Assembly: GCA_964016885.1 (NCBI GenBank)
Contig: OZ024741.1
Location: 347,448,001 to 347,512,000, forward strand
Length of the DNA: 64,000 nt
Direction of reading: 5' to 3'
Source of the DNA: Eledone cirrhosa
Taxonomy: Eukaryota
Below, piece after piece: positions 36,925 to 54,168 of the stretch (within the stretch, counting starts at the first letter, position 1; each line of letters opens with the position of its first letter). A program made the position numbers and the translations under genes. The notes beneath the pieces are model-generated. The model saw only the letters and a program-made list of their open reading frames with translations. It was not told where the DNA came from and searched no databases.

Positions 36925-38070
36925 TTAAAGGTTTAAGTTTTTTAGTTTTTACCGGTTGCGCATTTCTAAATGCTTTTCAAAAATAATTTTGAAATAGAGC
37001 GAGCGTGTTGTTTGCTCTGATCTGATTAGTTTTGGGAATTCTACCTGTTTTTATATTAAAAAAGTGGCTCCAGCGTTACTTTCTGGAAGAGCTTTTAGTT
37101 TCGGTTGATTTACTTTAGGGTGTCTAAGGTCCTGGGTACTGAGTTTTAGGGCACGTTGGATTCCATTGTCAATTAGTGATGCAGGGTAGTCCCTGCCTAT
37201 GAGTGTGTCCTTTAGTTCTTGTAGCCGTAAGTAGCAGATGTTTTTATTGGAGACTATAGTACAGATTCTCTTGGCTAAGTTGTAGGGAATATTAATTTTA
37301 AAGTGTCTAGGGTGGCAAGAGTTGAAGTGGAGATATTGCTTGGAGTCTGTGGGCTTGTAGTATATGTCTGTTTCTATTTTTTTGTTATGGATCTTAATGA
37401 GGATGTCGAGGAAGGGGAGTTGTTGATGGCTGTATTCCATCGTGAAGTTAATATTCGTGTTGAGCTCATTTATAAGGGTGTGAAATTCTTTAAGTTTTTC
37501 GATGTTTTCGTGCTAAAAGATGAAGCAGTCATCTAGATATCGCTTCCAGTTCCTTTCAATGTGTAAGTGGAGGGTGTTTCCAAATTTGTTTAGGACTTTA
37601 GTGTAGAGGGTGAAACCAATTTTTTATTCACATGACCTCTACCGACCAATCAAAATTGTTTTGACCACAATAATTTTTGCAAACACCAAGTAGCGCTGGA
37701 GCCACTTTTTTAACATAAAAACAGTCTTGGCGCAAAATCAATTTTTTACATTCACATGACCTCTACCGACCAATCAAAATTGTTTTGACCACAAGAATTT
37801 TTGCAACACGAAAGTAACGCTGGAACCACTTTTTTAACATAAAAACAGGTATAATTCCCAAAACTAATCAGATCAGAGCAAACAACACGGACAGTCTATC
37901 TCAAAATTATTTTTGAAAAGCATTTAGAAATGCGCAACCGGTAAAAACTTAAAAACTTAAAACCACAACTGAATACTAACCCATACAATCACTAATACTC
38001 TTTTCTTCCTAATTAAACCATTTTTCAACTGTGAACAATTTGTCAGCATTTTCTATTCCGTTTACCAATA
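36925..38070 (-). mobile_element. Second, unrelated PLE fragment with inverted arms (~36925-37082 / 37812-37965)
   Basis: Minus strand ~37600-37051: WKRYLDDCFI, INFTMEYS..LPFLDILI, YYKPTDSKQYLHFNSCHP. Includes a ~120-bp direct repeat (37612-37723 / 37735-37850). Confidence 0.85.
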
Positions 38071-38078
38071 TATATATT

Positions 38079-38119
<41 letters not shown>

Positions 38120-38309
38120 ATATATATGTATATGTAGATAGACCAGCTTTTTTTCATTCTGAGGATTGAAGGCAACATTTTTTTTGCTTTTAAGAAACCA
38201 CTGGTGAATGGAATAATTGCCTTATGTTGCTTATTACTTTACTACTATATATATGTATATGTAAGGTTCATATGAATTATCTAAGACTGAGTTTTACACA
38301 CACATACAA

Positions 38310-38362
<53 letters not shown>

Positions 38363-38934
38363 CGTGTGTTTGTATTTGGTTGTATTGTGTATGTATACAT
38401 ATATATGTGTGTGTGTGTATTTATACATATATATATATATATATGTGCGTGTGTGTGTGTGTGTGTGTATATATATGTGTGTGTACAATTGTATACGTGT
38501 GTGTGTGCGTGTTTGTGCATGCATTTTTGTATGTGTATGTATGTGTTTATGTAGTTGTATATGTATATTTATGTGTGAGAGTGTGTGTATGTATTTACTA
38601 TATCGTACGTATGTATACGTGCATTTGTGTGTATTACTTACCACGCGTGTCTGTCCAGCTACACGCCGTTTGTATCGCTGTCAACTCTATAATAATCTTT
38701 ATTATTATTTTATATTTTTATATGTATTTTTTCTTATATTTATTTGCGTGTGTGAATATGTAGAGGGGAGTGTATGTTTTTCTAATGTTGTACATGTATA
38801 TGTACGCATTTATGTATGTGTATGTATGTACGTGTGTATATAATGTATGATTGTGTGCATGTGTGTATGTATGTATGTATGTATGTATGTATATGTATGT
38901 GTGTATGGCTATGTGCGTGTATGTGTATGCATGT

Positions 38935-38992
<58 letters not shown>

Positions 38993-39364
38993 ATATATAT
39001 ATATTTATGTTTCTATACGTATGTATGTGTGTATATATGTGTGTGTGGTTGTATATATGTATATGTATGTATGTATGGATGTGTTGATATGTATGTGCGT
39101 ATGTATGTATGTGTATATGTATGTGTATGTGTGTATATATATATGTGTGTGTATGTATGAGTGTATGTATATACATATATATATATGTGTGTGTGTGTGT
39201 GTACGTATGCTTTTTTCGTGTGTGTGTGTGTACGTGTTTGTGTGTGTGTTTGCATGTGTGGTTTTATTTTATTTTTCCTTTCCTTCTTCTTTCTCCAGCC
39301 TCACTTTCATATAGATTGAATTTTTGTTTGTTTAAATCCAAATTCAATAAACAGACCAGGATTT

Positions 39365-39424
39365 TTTCATTCTGAGGATTGAAAGCAAAATCTTTTGCTT
39401 TTAAGAAACCACTGGTAAATGGAA
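39365..39424 (+). ncRNA. Type I hammerhead ribozyme at the PLE pLTR end
   Basis: TTTCATT-CTGAGGA-TTGAAAGCAAAA TC TTTTGCTTTTAA-GAAA-CCACTGG-TA-AATGGAA. Mutated paralogues at 38152-38213 (GUG triplet), ~31203-31261, ~28438-28497(-) and ~29737-29797(-). Confidence 0.8.
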
Positions 39425-39449
39425 TAATTGCCTTATGTTGTTTATTACA

Positions 39450-39540
<91 letters not shown>

Positions 39541-39541
39541 T

Positions 39542-39574
<33 letters not shown>

Positions 39575-39896
39575 ATAGAGATAAATCCACCAATTACTGG
39601 TAGGGTCCAAGCCGTATGAAGAAGAAAATGTAATCCGTATGTAGAAGATGCCGTGAAGCAAAGTTTAAAATACAAAATTTCGACGATATAATTCATTGGA
39701 AGCAGAGTCAAAATAATACAAATACTGAAAACAATGAAATTAAACAAAATACGTGTAATTCATAGTAAAACTCATTATGTTACGATCGTTTCTGTGGGGT
39801 AGTTCTCCCTGGGGTAGTTCTCATTATATTAGTGATCTACGTAAAACATATTACAAATTATCAAAGTAAGAAAATATACATACGTCTTCAGAAATA

Positions 39897-40078
39897 ATTG
39901 TTTCTACTTTTGGCACAAGGCCAGCAAATAACCAGTACGTTACTGGTACTTTATTTTATCGACCCCGTAAGGATGAAAGGCAAAATTAACCTCGGCAGAA
40001 TTTGAACTCAGAATGGCAAGGGGCGTAACTCTATGCGTCAAAGCATGGCGGCCGACCCTCTACCGATACTGCCAATCC
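39897..40078 (-). mobile_element. SINE family A with ~10-bp TSD (CAGAAATAAT)
   Basis: Consensus match with flanking duplication. Confidence 0.88.
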
Positions 40079-40711
40079 AGAAATAATGAGTTTTGTTTAT
40101 TGAAGAACATAAAAACATGTATGAATAAGTAACCTTTTAAGAACAAGGTTGAGATTGACCAATAGTAAAAATAGGATGGGGCAATATAGATCATTAAGCT
40201 GGTAGTAGTAGATGAACCAAAGTAAAGTAAAAAGTAGGTAAGAAAATATATAGGTAAGAAAATAATAACATTTGTGGTAAGTATTGTATTGTGTTAGAGT
40301 GGTCAGAATGAAGTTTTACCTGTAGGGAATTTTACTTTCGAATAAGAAATCTCATAAACTATCGCATGTAACTATGGTTACATGCAATAATTTATTCTTG
40401 TCTTTTATTTAACAGAATGTCTTTCGATTTAGTAGTTTCAACAATTTCTTGGGAACTTAGTCCACACTCCTTTCTATTGCCCTGATAAAAAATGGCTCTT
40501 TGAGAATCTTCCAAGTTAGGTTATAATTAATTTTCTTATTTTTACAATTATTAACTGCTTCCGCTAATATATATATATACATGTAATCTGGATGTTTCGA
40601 ATATTAATAATAACATTCGATTCGTTTGCAATTATACAAACAAGCCGCAATTTTATAGCCAGGTCAGTAGAATGAACCCTTCATTATTGCTCTTATGTTG
40701 GCATGTTAACA

Positions 40712-40761
40712 GAACTGCAGACACTAATGTTTCTGGGTACCGCCCTTCATCAGTACAGCTC
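40712..40761 (-). ncRNA. Type I hammerhead ribozyme (same family as 23281)
   Basis: GAGCTGTA-CTGATGA-A GGG CGGTA CCC A-GAAA-CATTAGTG-TC-TGCAGTTC, within an inverted repeat (~40583-40646 / 40832-40897). Confidence 0.75.
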
Positions 40762-40931
40762 ACTGTTCACCTGCCAAACTGTCAGAGCTAGTGAAAATAT
40801 ATGGTATGTTAAAAAATACACAGTGACTGATCGGCTTGTTTGCATAATTGCAAACGAATCGAATATTATTATTAATATTCGAAAACTCAGATTACATTTA
40901 TTGTATTCAGCTATGGAGTGCGAACATTTTC

Positions 40932-40992
<61 letters not shown>

Positions 40993-41120
40993 TATAGATA
41001 TAAGTACAAAAATGACTTCACTTGTATATATAAGTAGAAGAATGACTTCACTTGTAATTTAATTTCATAATATCAATTTAAAATTTGGTTTCATAGATCT
41101 CTCTCTATTTCTCTCGCTCT

Positions 41121-41206
<86 letters not shown>

Positions 41207-41335
41207 GGAAAGTTATATTTAAATTGTTGGGTTACAACTAGTAAATATTTATAACTGATATAAAAGCACTCAACAAGTATTTGGAGTATATTTACGATAT
41301 TAAATAAATGGAAACTATATTTATAAAACCATATC

Positions 41336-41401
41336 TATTTCATTATATATATTTCAGGGATATCATATTAACAATATGTTATGCCTTCCTCAGACAAAAT
41401 A
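41336..41401 (-). ncRNA. Type I hammerhead ribozyme (related to 19326)
   Basis: TATTTTGT-CTGAGGA-AGGCATAACATATT GTT AATATGATATCCCT-GAAA-TATATA-TA-ATGAAATA, with palindromic AU stem III. Confidence 0.75.
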
Positions 41402-42283
41402 CAATATAGACAGTTTTATAGATAAATAGATTTGACATACCGTTCAACATCGACTTGTATTTGAAAAAGTTGATTTGGCAGTGAAAAATTGTAAACAGAA
41501 AGAAAGAAAGAAAGAAGGAAAGAAAGAAAGAAAACGAAGAAAAAGAAGAAAAAGAAGAAATGCATGCAACAAAATAGAGAGATGGAAAGATAGATAAAGA
41601 GAAGAACTTCATGTAAAGAAACAGAGAGAGATATATATAGAGAGAGGAAATAGATAGAGATAGATATATATAGAGAAAAGTAGGTAGTTGAACATCCGTT
41701 GAATGAACGTATCAATGATACATTTATTTATTTATTTATTTATTTAGCTCTAGTATTAATGTAAGGGAGATATATGTGGTTAGGAAAGAAACCAGCCGTT
41801 ATATAGAGAGAAAAATGAAAAGTAACCAGACATAGGCGAGGCAGCGTTTAAAAACCCTATGTTTTGATGTAGAAATATTAGTTCGTATAAAAACCAGGCA
41901 CTATAATGTAAATATCAGTATTCCTGAATGAGACACGTATCCATAATGTGTGAAAAGTAATGATCTTATGTCTAGTTTTAAAAAATTCATATGTTTATAT
42001 GATAACTACAAACATCGATGTGAATTTACGTGATCAACTCTGCAAACCCCTATTTCACACGGAGAACATTCTCATTGTGCTATAAAAATTTAAGTATACA
42101 TATATGTGTATATATACACATATATATAGAGTCTATATTAATTTTAACAATACTATTCTTGTCTTTATGCTACATGATTATCTATCAAGCAGAAATAGAG
42201 AACAGATTTCAATATATTAATAAAAAAAGTACACCTGGACTTCCACCAGAAAATCTTTCGTACCATTGAACTTTCTTTTGCTT

Positions 42284-42335
<52 letters not shown>

Positions 42336-42341
<6 letters not shown>

Positions 42342-43125
42342 TGAAGAATTAGAAATAGAAGCCAGGACTATCCATCATCAGTGGTCTACTAGCCATCATA
42401 GGTATTTCTTTGCATTAAAGACCAGATACCTCAGGCTATCCCGAACAATAACTAAAATAAGTTATTAGGATAACAAGAAGAAAGAGGATAGCAGTAAGGG
42501 AAGAGAAAACGATAAGCCACAGCGAAGGGGAAAGGATATAGGAATGAAATATGGCGTGCTGTATTGTTGCATATGTGATATACAAATTAAAATGAATAAT
42601 TAGAAATACAAGCCAGGACTATCCATCATCAGTGGTCTACTAGCACATCATAGGTATTTTTTTGCATTAAAACCAAATATCTCAGGCTAGCGCGAACAAT
42701 AACTAAAATAAGTTATTGGGATGCTACTCACCCTCTCTCTCACTTCCTCCATCGTCCCACACCGTGCAAAATTCTTTCCTCGCTTACTTTCGCACGGTTA
42801 AGATGTGTCTTTCGTCTTCTCGTCAATATTCGCAAGTTGTTATGTTCAAATGAATCATTGACTTGATTTTCTCATTTTTTCCTCTCTTTACGTTGCTTCA
42901 CCATTCGTGTTTGTTTACCTGTCTCTCTTTTTCCACCCAATTCTTTTAATCCCAATAACTTATTTTAGTTATTGTTCGCGCTAGCCTGAGGTATCTTGTC
43001 TTTAATGCGAATAAATACCTATGATGGATAGTAGACCACTGATGATGGATAGTCTTGGCTACTATTTCTAATTCTTCATTTTAATTTGTATATCACATTT
43101 ACAACAACACAGCACGCCATTTCGA
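42336..43125. repeat. ~135-bp element in two direct copies (42336-42472, 42585-42722) and one inverted copy (42949-43123)
   Basis: AGCCAGGACTATCCATCATCAGTGGTCTACTAG..GAACAATAACTAAAATAAGTTATT occurs three times. Partial-tandem plus inverted layout typical of PLE ends. Confidence 0.8.
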
Positions 43126-43200
43126 TATTAACTAATTATACCCTGCTATGTGTTGAGTACCTTACTTACTGTGGTTACCCCCGATTGAACTCGGGATAAA

Positions 43201-43277
<77 letters not shown>

Positions 43278-43605
43278 CTTGTTGTGTGTGTATGCATGTG
43301 TTTTTGTGTGTTTGTGTTTGTGTCTGTGTGTGTATATGAATGTGTGTTTCTTTGTGTGTGTGTATCTGCGTGTATGTATGTGTGTGTGTGTGTATAAGCA
43401 ATCCGGAATAGGAATCTCTATGTAATACATATTATTTTCATACATGAACTATTCTCTTTACATACAAATGTGTCATGTTTACCTATTCAAGCTAATTTCA
43501 AATTCCTTTAGAAATATTGTTTTGTAATATACTTATATCTTTTTTATGCGCCAAATATTTGCAGCCATTAACATTTTATAGTCTTGAATTCTATATTTAT
43601 TGCTC

Positions 43606-43699
<94 letters not shown>

Positions 43700-44600
43700 A
43701 TACATATATAAATGTATGTCACTTTAATAATCCTGTTCAGTAGTTTGCGTTGCTTTTATGTCATGTCATAGATTGACTTTGCGTTTGATGCTTGTCGTAA
43801 TTTGCAGAAGTTGTGCTATCTAAATTTAATTACATTGATGTTGTGAGGGTATTATTTCGATTTATTTTTATATATGATTGTTTTATTATTGCAATTTCGA
43901 ATTTCTATATATGCATATTTATTGATGCTCTGATAAAACAGATTTACAATGGTATTTTTCCGTATTTGCTTCAATTATTCTTATTCACATAATGGAAAAT
44001 ATTTCGTTTGGAGATAAATACACGTAAACTAGAAGCATATTTAGAAATAAATGGTGTAAAATGATAGTAAAGTGCGAGTGTAAAGTGCGAGTAAGAAAAT
44101 GGTGAGAAACGAACAGACAATTATTATAAAATAAATAATAAAATTACCTCATATTGAGTGAGTTTCCGTATGTATACATTACATGTTCACAGACCCCTAG
44201 CACTCACACACAACTCGATATCTATTTTATGTATGCGTGTCTACGAGTGAGTGGTGTGGGGTATGTTGGAATCTGCTCGGTGCAGTGCAAGTGTGTTCCA
44301 AGTTTATATAATCTTATACATTTTCTGAATGGAAAATATACATTTACCAGAAAATAGAAAACATGAAAATATACCTTTAACATGTTTTCAACCCTGATTT
44401 ACACATTCAGCTTTCGATGGGAGGCATGTATACAAATAAATAGGTTAGAAATCCGGTTAAATTTGTTGAGGGTCTTGAAATATGTTTTCCTTTTCCTGGT
44501 AATTCCCCGTCCCTGCAATTCTTGCAATTCAATGGTTTATTGCATCACTTGATGTGCATCAATGAATATCTATCTATCTATATATCTATCTATCTATCAA

Positions 44601-44946
<346 letters not shown>

Positions 44947-44949
44947 TTT

Positions 44950-44984
<35 letters not shown>

Positions 44985-45029
44985 ATATTTACATATATGA
45001 ATGTATATGTATACATATATGTATGTATG

Positions 45030-45121
<92 letters not shown>

Positions 45122-45186
45122 TAGATATAGATATAGAGATATATAAATATATGTGTGTGTGTGTGTTTATGTATGTCTGTGTGTTA

Positions 45187-45227
<41 letters not shown>

Positions 45228-45496
45228 CAATCACATGCTAGGTGGAAATACTTAACACATTCAAATGTTTTGATTTATATAATTTCTTGATATATTCTTT
45301 TTCCACGTTTGCCCAATACAGTGCACCTTCTACGCCATACCTTAATATATATTACGATCTCTATATTACATACCATCACATATTACCAATCATCTGGTAT
45401 TTAAATCCTTGTTGTATTTCTCATTGCTATAATACGTTTCTTTTAAACTAACATTTTTAACGATTTATCATTCTAACGTCATCTTTAAATTAGTCT

Positions 45497-45586
45497 AAGC
45501 GCTTGAAGATCAGGTCCCAACTTTGATTCCTCTTACATTCTGGAGATACGGTTAATATAGGTGCCTTGAAACGTTAGGTAGCGCTT
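45497..45586 (+). ncRNA. Decayed or variant type I HHR with long stem II
   Basis: AAGCGC-TTGAAGA-(58 nt)-GAAA-CGTTAGG-TA-GCGCTT: perfect 6-bp stem I, C3 replaced by U. Confidence 0.5.
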
Positions 45587-45739
45587 CTGTTCCGTGTCTG
45601 AACATATATATATAATATATATGAAATATAATATAATAATATAATAGTTGGATACAATGCAATATCGCATGTTGGACAAGGAAAGCAAAAGATATTTATT
45701 TCTTTATGGTGGGTATATTAAATCAAGTTAATAGTTTCC

Positions 45740-46754
45740 CTCATTTGTAATAACATCTTTCTGGCAAGTTGTTGATAGCCTCTAATGTAAAGTTCTTCAA
45801 GTTGCGAAGCAATGAAATAACTAATATTTATTATTTTATCTCTTCTCGATTGGTAAACTGTTTTATATTTAGAACATGTTGGAATGATTTGAAAAGATGA
45901 TAATCTGATGGCGTAAGGTCAAGTGAATAAGAAATGGGTGAGTGCTAAACTACCATATTATGTGTAATAATTTTGATACGTGTAATTCAGGCAATATGTT
46001 GTCTTGCATTGCTGTGAAAAAGCAACTCACGTTTCTGATTTGCTAATGATGGTCGCATTTTTTTCAGATTTTGATGTAATGATTTCAATTGTTGACAATA
46101 CTTATCAGTATTAATTGCTTTCCCCGAATTCCACAATTCATAATAGACGACACAATTTATATCTCACCAATCACAGAACAGAATATTTTCTGGTAGTAGT
46201 CTTTGTTTTGGTATAGTTACCGGCTTTTAATTGGGTGATAACCCATGTCATTTACTTTGTATATTATTGTACTCTACTCACTTTATATCACTGGTTATTA
46301 TTCTGAACAGAAAGGAATCATTAGCAAGTCAACTCTGTATTGAAAAACAAGGGGAAACACTTTGGTCGTGTTGAACTGCAAGCAGATTATGTAGCGCCAA
46401 CTGGCCAAATTTAGACACTTCTACCTGTTCGTGCAGCTGGTTTACAATCGTCCTGCGACGTGCATTGAATATTTCTGCCAATTTTCGTGCAGTTTGCGTA
46501 GGATTATACTTCAACATATTCCGTAAAATCTCGGAATAAAATGCACTTGGTCTTCCTAATTGAAGAGAATAAAGAACGCGAACATTTCCTGGCCTAAATT
46601 GTTTAGACCATTGTTGGCATGTTCGGACAGTTGGAACATCATTTTCATTGACAACAAGAATATTTCTTGCCTCGACTGTTGGAAACAGAATGTTTTTGTA
46701 TTCATACAGTATACAATACGTGATATGCTTTGAGGAGTCAAATTGCATATTCAT
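45740..46754 (-). pseudogene. Mariner (Mos1/Hsmar-like) transposase remnant
   Basis: VRTCQQWSKQFR..GRPS..NPTQTARKLA HTH region. Downstream IITSDIK (ITGDEKW), YYEL..GKAINTDKYCQQL, FHSNARQH (HDNARPH) and a YSPDLxPSDYHLF-like remnant. Confidence 0.88.
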
Positions 46755-46913
46755 AAGTGAAATGACAATAAATTAATAAAAAATAAAAATGAAAAATAAA
46801 TAAGTAAATCATTAGAACAAACAATGAAAAGATTATAAGACAGTCAGTATTGAAAAACTATCTTCAAATTCATTATGTCTAAAATTCAACAGTAGTTCAA
46901 TCTTCTTATATAT

Positions 46914-50479
<3,566 letters not shown>

Positions 50480-50481
<2 letters not shown>

Positions 50482-50683
50482 TTATTCCGGGTTGAATTGC
50501 AGGTAACCACAGTAAGGAAGGTACTCCTATACATAGCAGAGTATAAAGGTTTTAATATACATGAGTTTCTACAGGACTATAACTATTTCATTCTTTAGAA
50601 ATAATCAGGAATCTCATGATTGCTGATGATTTCTAAAGAATAAAAAAGGTTCTAGTCCTGTAGAATCTCATCTATATTAAAAC
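50480..50683. mobile_element. Fold-back mini-insertion, GAAACAG HHR family, both cores decayed
   Basis: Same tail and hairpin as 27408 and 28155. Cores read CTGATTA and AAAAAAG. Confidence 0.72.
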
Positions 50684-50696
50684 TATATATATATAG

Positions 50697-50781
<85 letters not shown>

Positions 50782-51285
50782 TGTGTGTCTGTGTGTGTTT
50801 GTTTGTTTGTTTGTTTGTTATACCAACACCTCAATTGAAAGAAGATTATTTTGTTTTCAGGAGAGACTTGATTGTAATAAGAGGTTATAAAGTTATATTG
50901 ATCACAAAGTATACAAGCCCTTTCGATGCAGAAATATTATGGTGTCCAGAACATTGCTTAGTGTAACTACTAAATGAACAAATCTCTATATATATATGAG
51001 GATAAAATGACAAGCGTATAATGAAGCGAGAAATAGGAGCCAGAAATCATCTAAAATTACTCTAAAATGAAAGAGTGATGAATATTAACTAACAAATTAT
51101 TTCTCACTAATATTAGACATCTCAATGAATAAATTATACAGATACAATATGATAGAGTGAAGTAATTTCATATATTAAACTTCTGCCAAAACCTATATTT
51201 AGGAGGAGAAACATCAGACAGTCTGAAATACGTTAGTTTAACTATTATAATTGTCACACAATCATGGTCTCTAGAACAAAGAAGC

Positions 51286-51464
51286 AATACTGTGTGTGTG
51301 ACTGTACACATGTAGATATATGAATGTATATGCTTAAATACACACACGCACATGAATATATAAGCATATATATTTCATATATATGCTTATATATTCATGT
51401 GCGTGTGTGTATTTATGCATATACATTCATATATCTACATGTGTGCAGTCACACACACAGTATT
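51286..51464. repeat. Near-perfect palindrome, ~88-bp arms
   Basis: AATACTGTGTGTGTGACTG..AAGCATATATA / TATATATGCTT..CAGTCACACACACAGTATT. Confidence 0.9.
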
Positions 51465-51563
51465 CACACATATACATGTGTCTAGAGATTCTGTAGAAAT
51501 ATGTATCGTACGAACTATTACATTGTCCTATTATATGTTATATTGCCGTATTAGAAAGACGTA

Positions 51564-52961
51564 TCTATACATATATATAACACTGAAATTGTCTGCGAGT
51601 GTGTGTGCCCTAATTTTTGCAAAGTCTATACAAATCCACATTTCTACTCCGATTGACTTCAAACTTGCATTTATATATTCCTTGCGGTCTAAATATATTA
51701 ACTGCAGCTTTTATTTTTCAATTTTCTGTTGTTAAAGGGGTGTTAGGCGCCGGTTATCGATCCCTCTGTCTTTCTTAGTCTGTCTTTTTAGATAGATACG
51801 TAGCTATAACGTCGCGCCCTTATAATATATGTCTGTATGTCTGCCTGTCTGCATTACGACGCTATGACAAACATTATTCTCATTGCTGACGTATTGACTT
51901 CGGTATTTTGCTTTCATTGCCAGGGAACATGTTCACGAACCAAAGTATCGGCTTCCTGTTTTCCTTCGATTGCAACGTTTTTTCGAAATATTTACTTCTG
52001 CGGTCACAGATTGATTTTTTTTTGTTTCAGAAGATCCCGTTAAGGGTGAAAGCACACGTTGTAAGCAATGCCAATGTTACTGCTGCTACATAGGACTCCC
52101 ATTACCACTGAACTTTCACCTTTGCGTTCTGCATTTCCATCCGCAGACCAACATGGAATGGTCTTCATAGTAGTCAGTTTATTGAGGGAGAAACAGAAGG
52201 GTCCCGAATTTACCGTCCCCAAAAAACCATTGACAATAACGAAAACCGCTAACATCAGCGCAGAATGATACATTGTAGGGCGTTTAACCCATCTTTTATT
52301 ATTCAAAAAACTTATTGCCATTAAACATTAACCCTTTGTGCGCAATTCATCTAACTGTAGACCAACAAATACCTACTAAATGAAGCGTTGACAAGAACAA
52401 TGGTACGCAGTTTCCTTCCGAGCTGTTAGTTCACGCGGGATTCTCTGCTACACCTTTTCATAATAATACCGTACAACGTACTGCTGGTCACTCCTTCCTC
52501 CAAAATCCGTACAAAGCGGACATGTGCATCGGACAGATGGATCGAGTGTAAATCTACACCAGGCCTACGCGTGAAATTCGCAAGGGACTGTACCGAGAGG
52601 GATAGAGAGAAAGAGTAACTTATTGGAAAGAGTCCGAATGAACGCCTTACTGCTATGGCACTGGAACCTTCTGCCAACTTAACCTGTGACTTTCTCTTTC
52701 ACATTTACTCCAATAGGCCAAAACAGAGTGGAAACAACTGTCACAGAAGTAGTATGAAAAGAAGGGGCTCAACAATATTTCTATGAACAATGCACGTAGA
52801 CAGCTAAACTGTAGTTTCAACTTCTTATTTTCTCCAAATAAAACAAGTTTCCTGTCGATATATTTCCGTGAGATTTTAACAGGTACTCACAAATAAAGGT
52901 TTCTCATTGCAGGTGCTATTACTTATGTTCTTTCCCGTGCAACATCGGGATACGATGCTAG
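51564..52961 (+). mobile_element. Non-autonomous Helitron related to 6471-7238
   Basis: A|TCTATACATATATATAA start; TCCCGTGCAACATCGGGA hairpin then CTAG|T end. Shared internal block ends in the HHR-like fragment at 52024-52054. Confidence 0.75.
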
Positions 52962-53991
52962 TTTATTACATAATGTCAAATATCTGGAAAATTAATATAA
53001 ATCTGTCTTTTTTTTGTTTTAATCTCCTAGCCCATCATATAGCAAGGATAGGTGGAGTATCAGTTTAAGATCAGAAAAAAGAGGTACAAATGCGTATATA
53101 TTATCACTGTGGTGATAAATAAGTCGTCCTGTTCAGTGTGTGTGTTCGTGCGCATGTTTGCTGGTGAGTACCTGTGTACCTGTGACTATTTCAATTTCTT
53201 TTTTTTTATCTATATTAGTTAGACCAACGTAATCGTTCACCCCCTTTACATGATTAACATAAAAGCTTACGAAATCATTAAAATATCCAATATAATTATG
53301 GGCGATCAATTTCTCTTATATTTACCTATGTTTATACATATACCCTATATATATATAAAAATATAAATATATATATGTGCGCGCGCGTGTGTGTGTGTGT
53401 CTATATATAAGCGTGTATGTGAGCTTGTGAGTGTTTATGATATATTTACACACACACACATACACACATACACACACACACATATATATATATGTGTGTG
53501 TGTGTACATGTATGTATGCATGTTGTATGTTTGAATGCACTTTCTCTTTCCTTTATTTTGAAGCAATTACTGGTTATCCCTTCATCAGTAATAGATATTC
53601 ATTTTACGAGGCGATGATATAAAAATTGATTTATGTTTTCTTTTTCTTTTCAATATAATTTAAATCACATAATTATTGGTCATTTATAATAGATGTGAAT
53701 ACGAACATCTGGTAATGTCGTTCCTTCCTTTAAACATTGAAATTGTAAACACGAAATCATAAGCACTTACATACAATCATATATATAGATTTTCCCATGT
53801 ATATGTACGCACACATATCAGCGCATGCATAGCAGTTCGTTTTAAATATGTGATTATGTGATGTTCAAATATATGGATCCACTCCCCTGTAATTAACATT
53901 ATGAAGAGAGGATCTCTGCACTGCTCAGCGTTATATATACTAAATATATCTTGTTGATAAAATAGCTGCCGTTATTAAAGTTCATTATATT

Positions 53992-54168
53992 CAGTATCGG
54001 TAGAGGGTCGGGCGCCATGCTTTGAAGCATAGAGTTACCTCCCTTTATGATCAGAGTTCAAATCCCGCCGAGGTTAACTTTTCCTTTCATCCTTACGGGG
54101 TTGATAAAATAAAGTACCAGTAATGTACTGGGATAATTGCTGGCCTGGTGCCAAAAGTAGAAACAATT
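53992..54168 (+). mobile_element. SINE family A with ~20-bp imperfect TSD
   Basis: Consensus match; TATTAAAGTnnATTATATTC on both sides. Confidence 0.88.

Larger units (their letters stand above)
30776..39455 (+). mobile_element. Near full-length Penelope-like element: 5' pLTR 30776-32010, ORF, 3' pLTR split into 34080-34300 and 38115-39455
   Basis: The partial-tandem pLTR repeats the ORF end and UTR. The 3' pLTR resumes at 38115 with the sequence that follows the TA tract in the 5' pLTR (31170 onward). Confidence 0.88.

Noticed and set aside
43030-43070. CTGATGA in the 135-bp repeat as an HHR core
   Set aside because: No downstream GAAA or stem III, and no stem I partner found.
52040-52677. 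Faint resemblance to Helitron PIF1 helicase motifs
   Set aside because: Key residues (GTGKT, KSQG) are absent and the frames are antisense to the Helitron.
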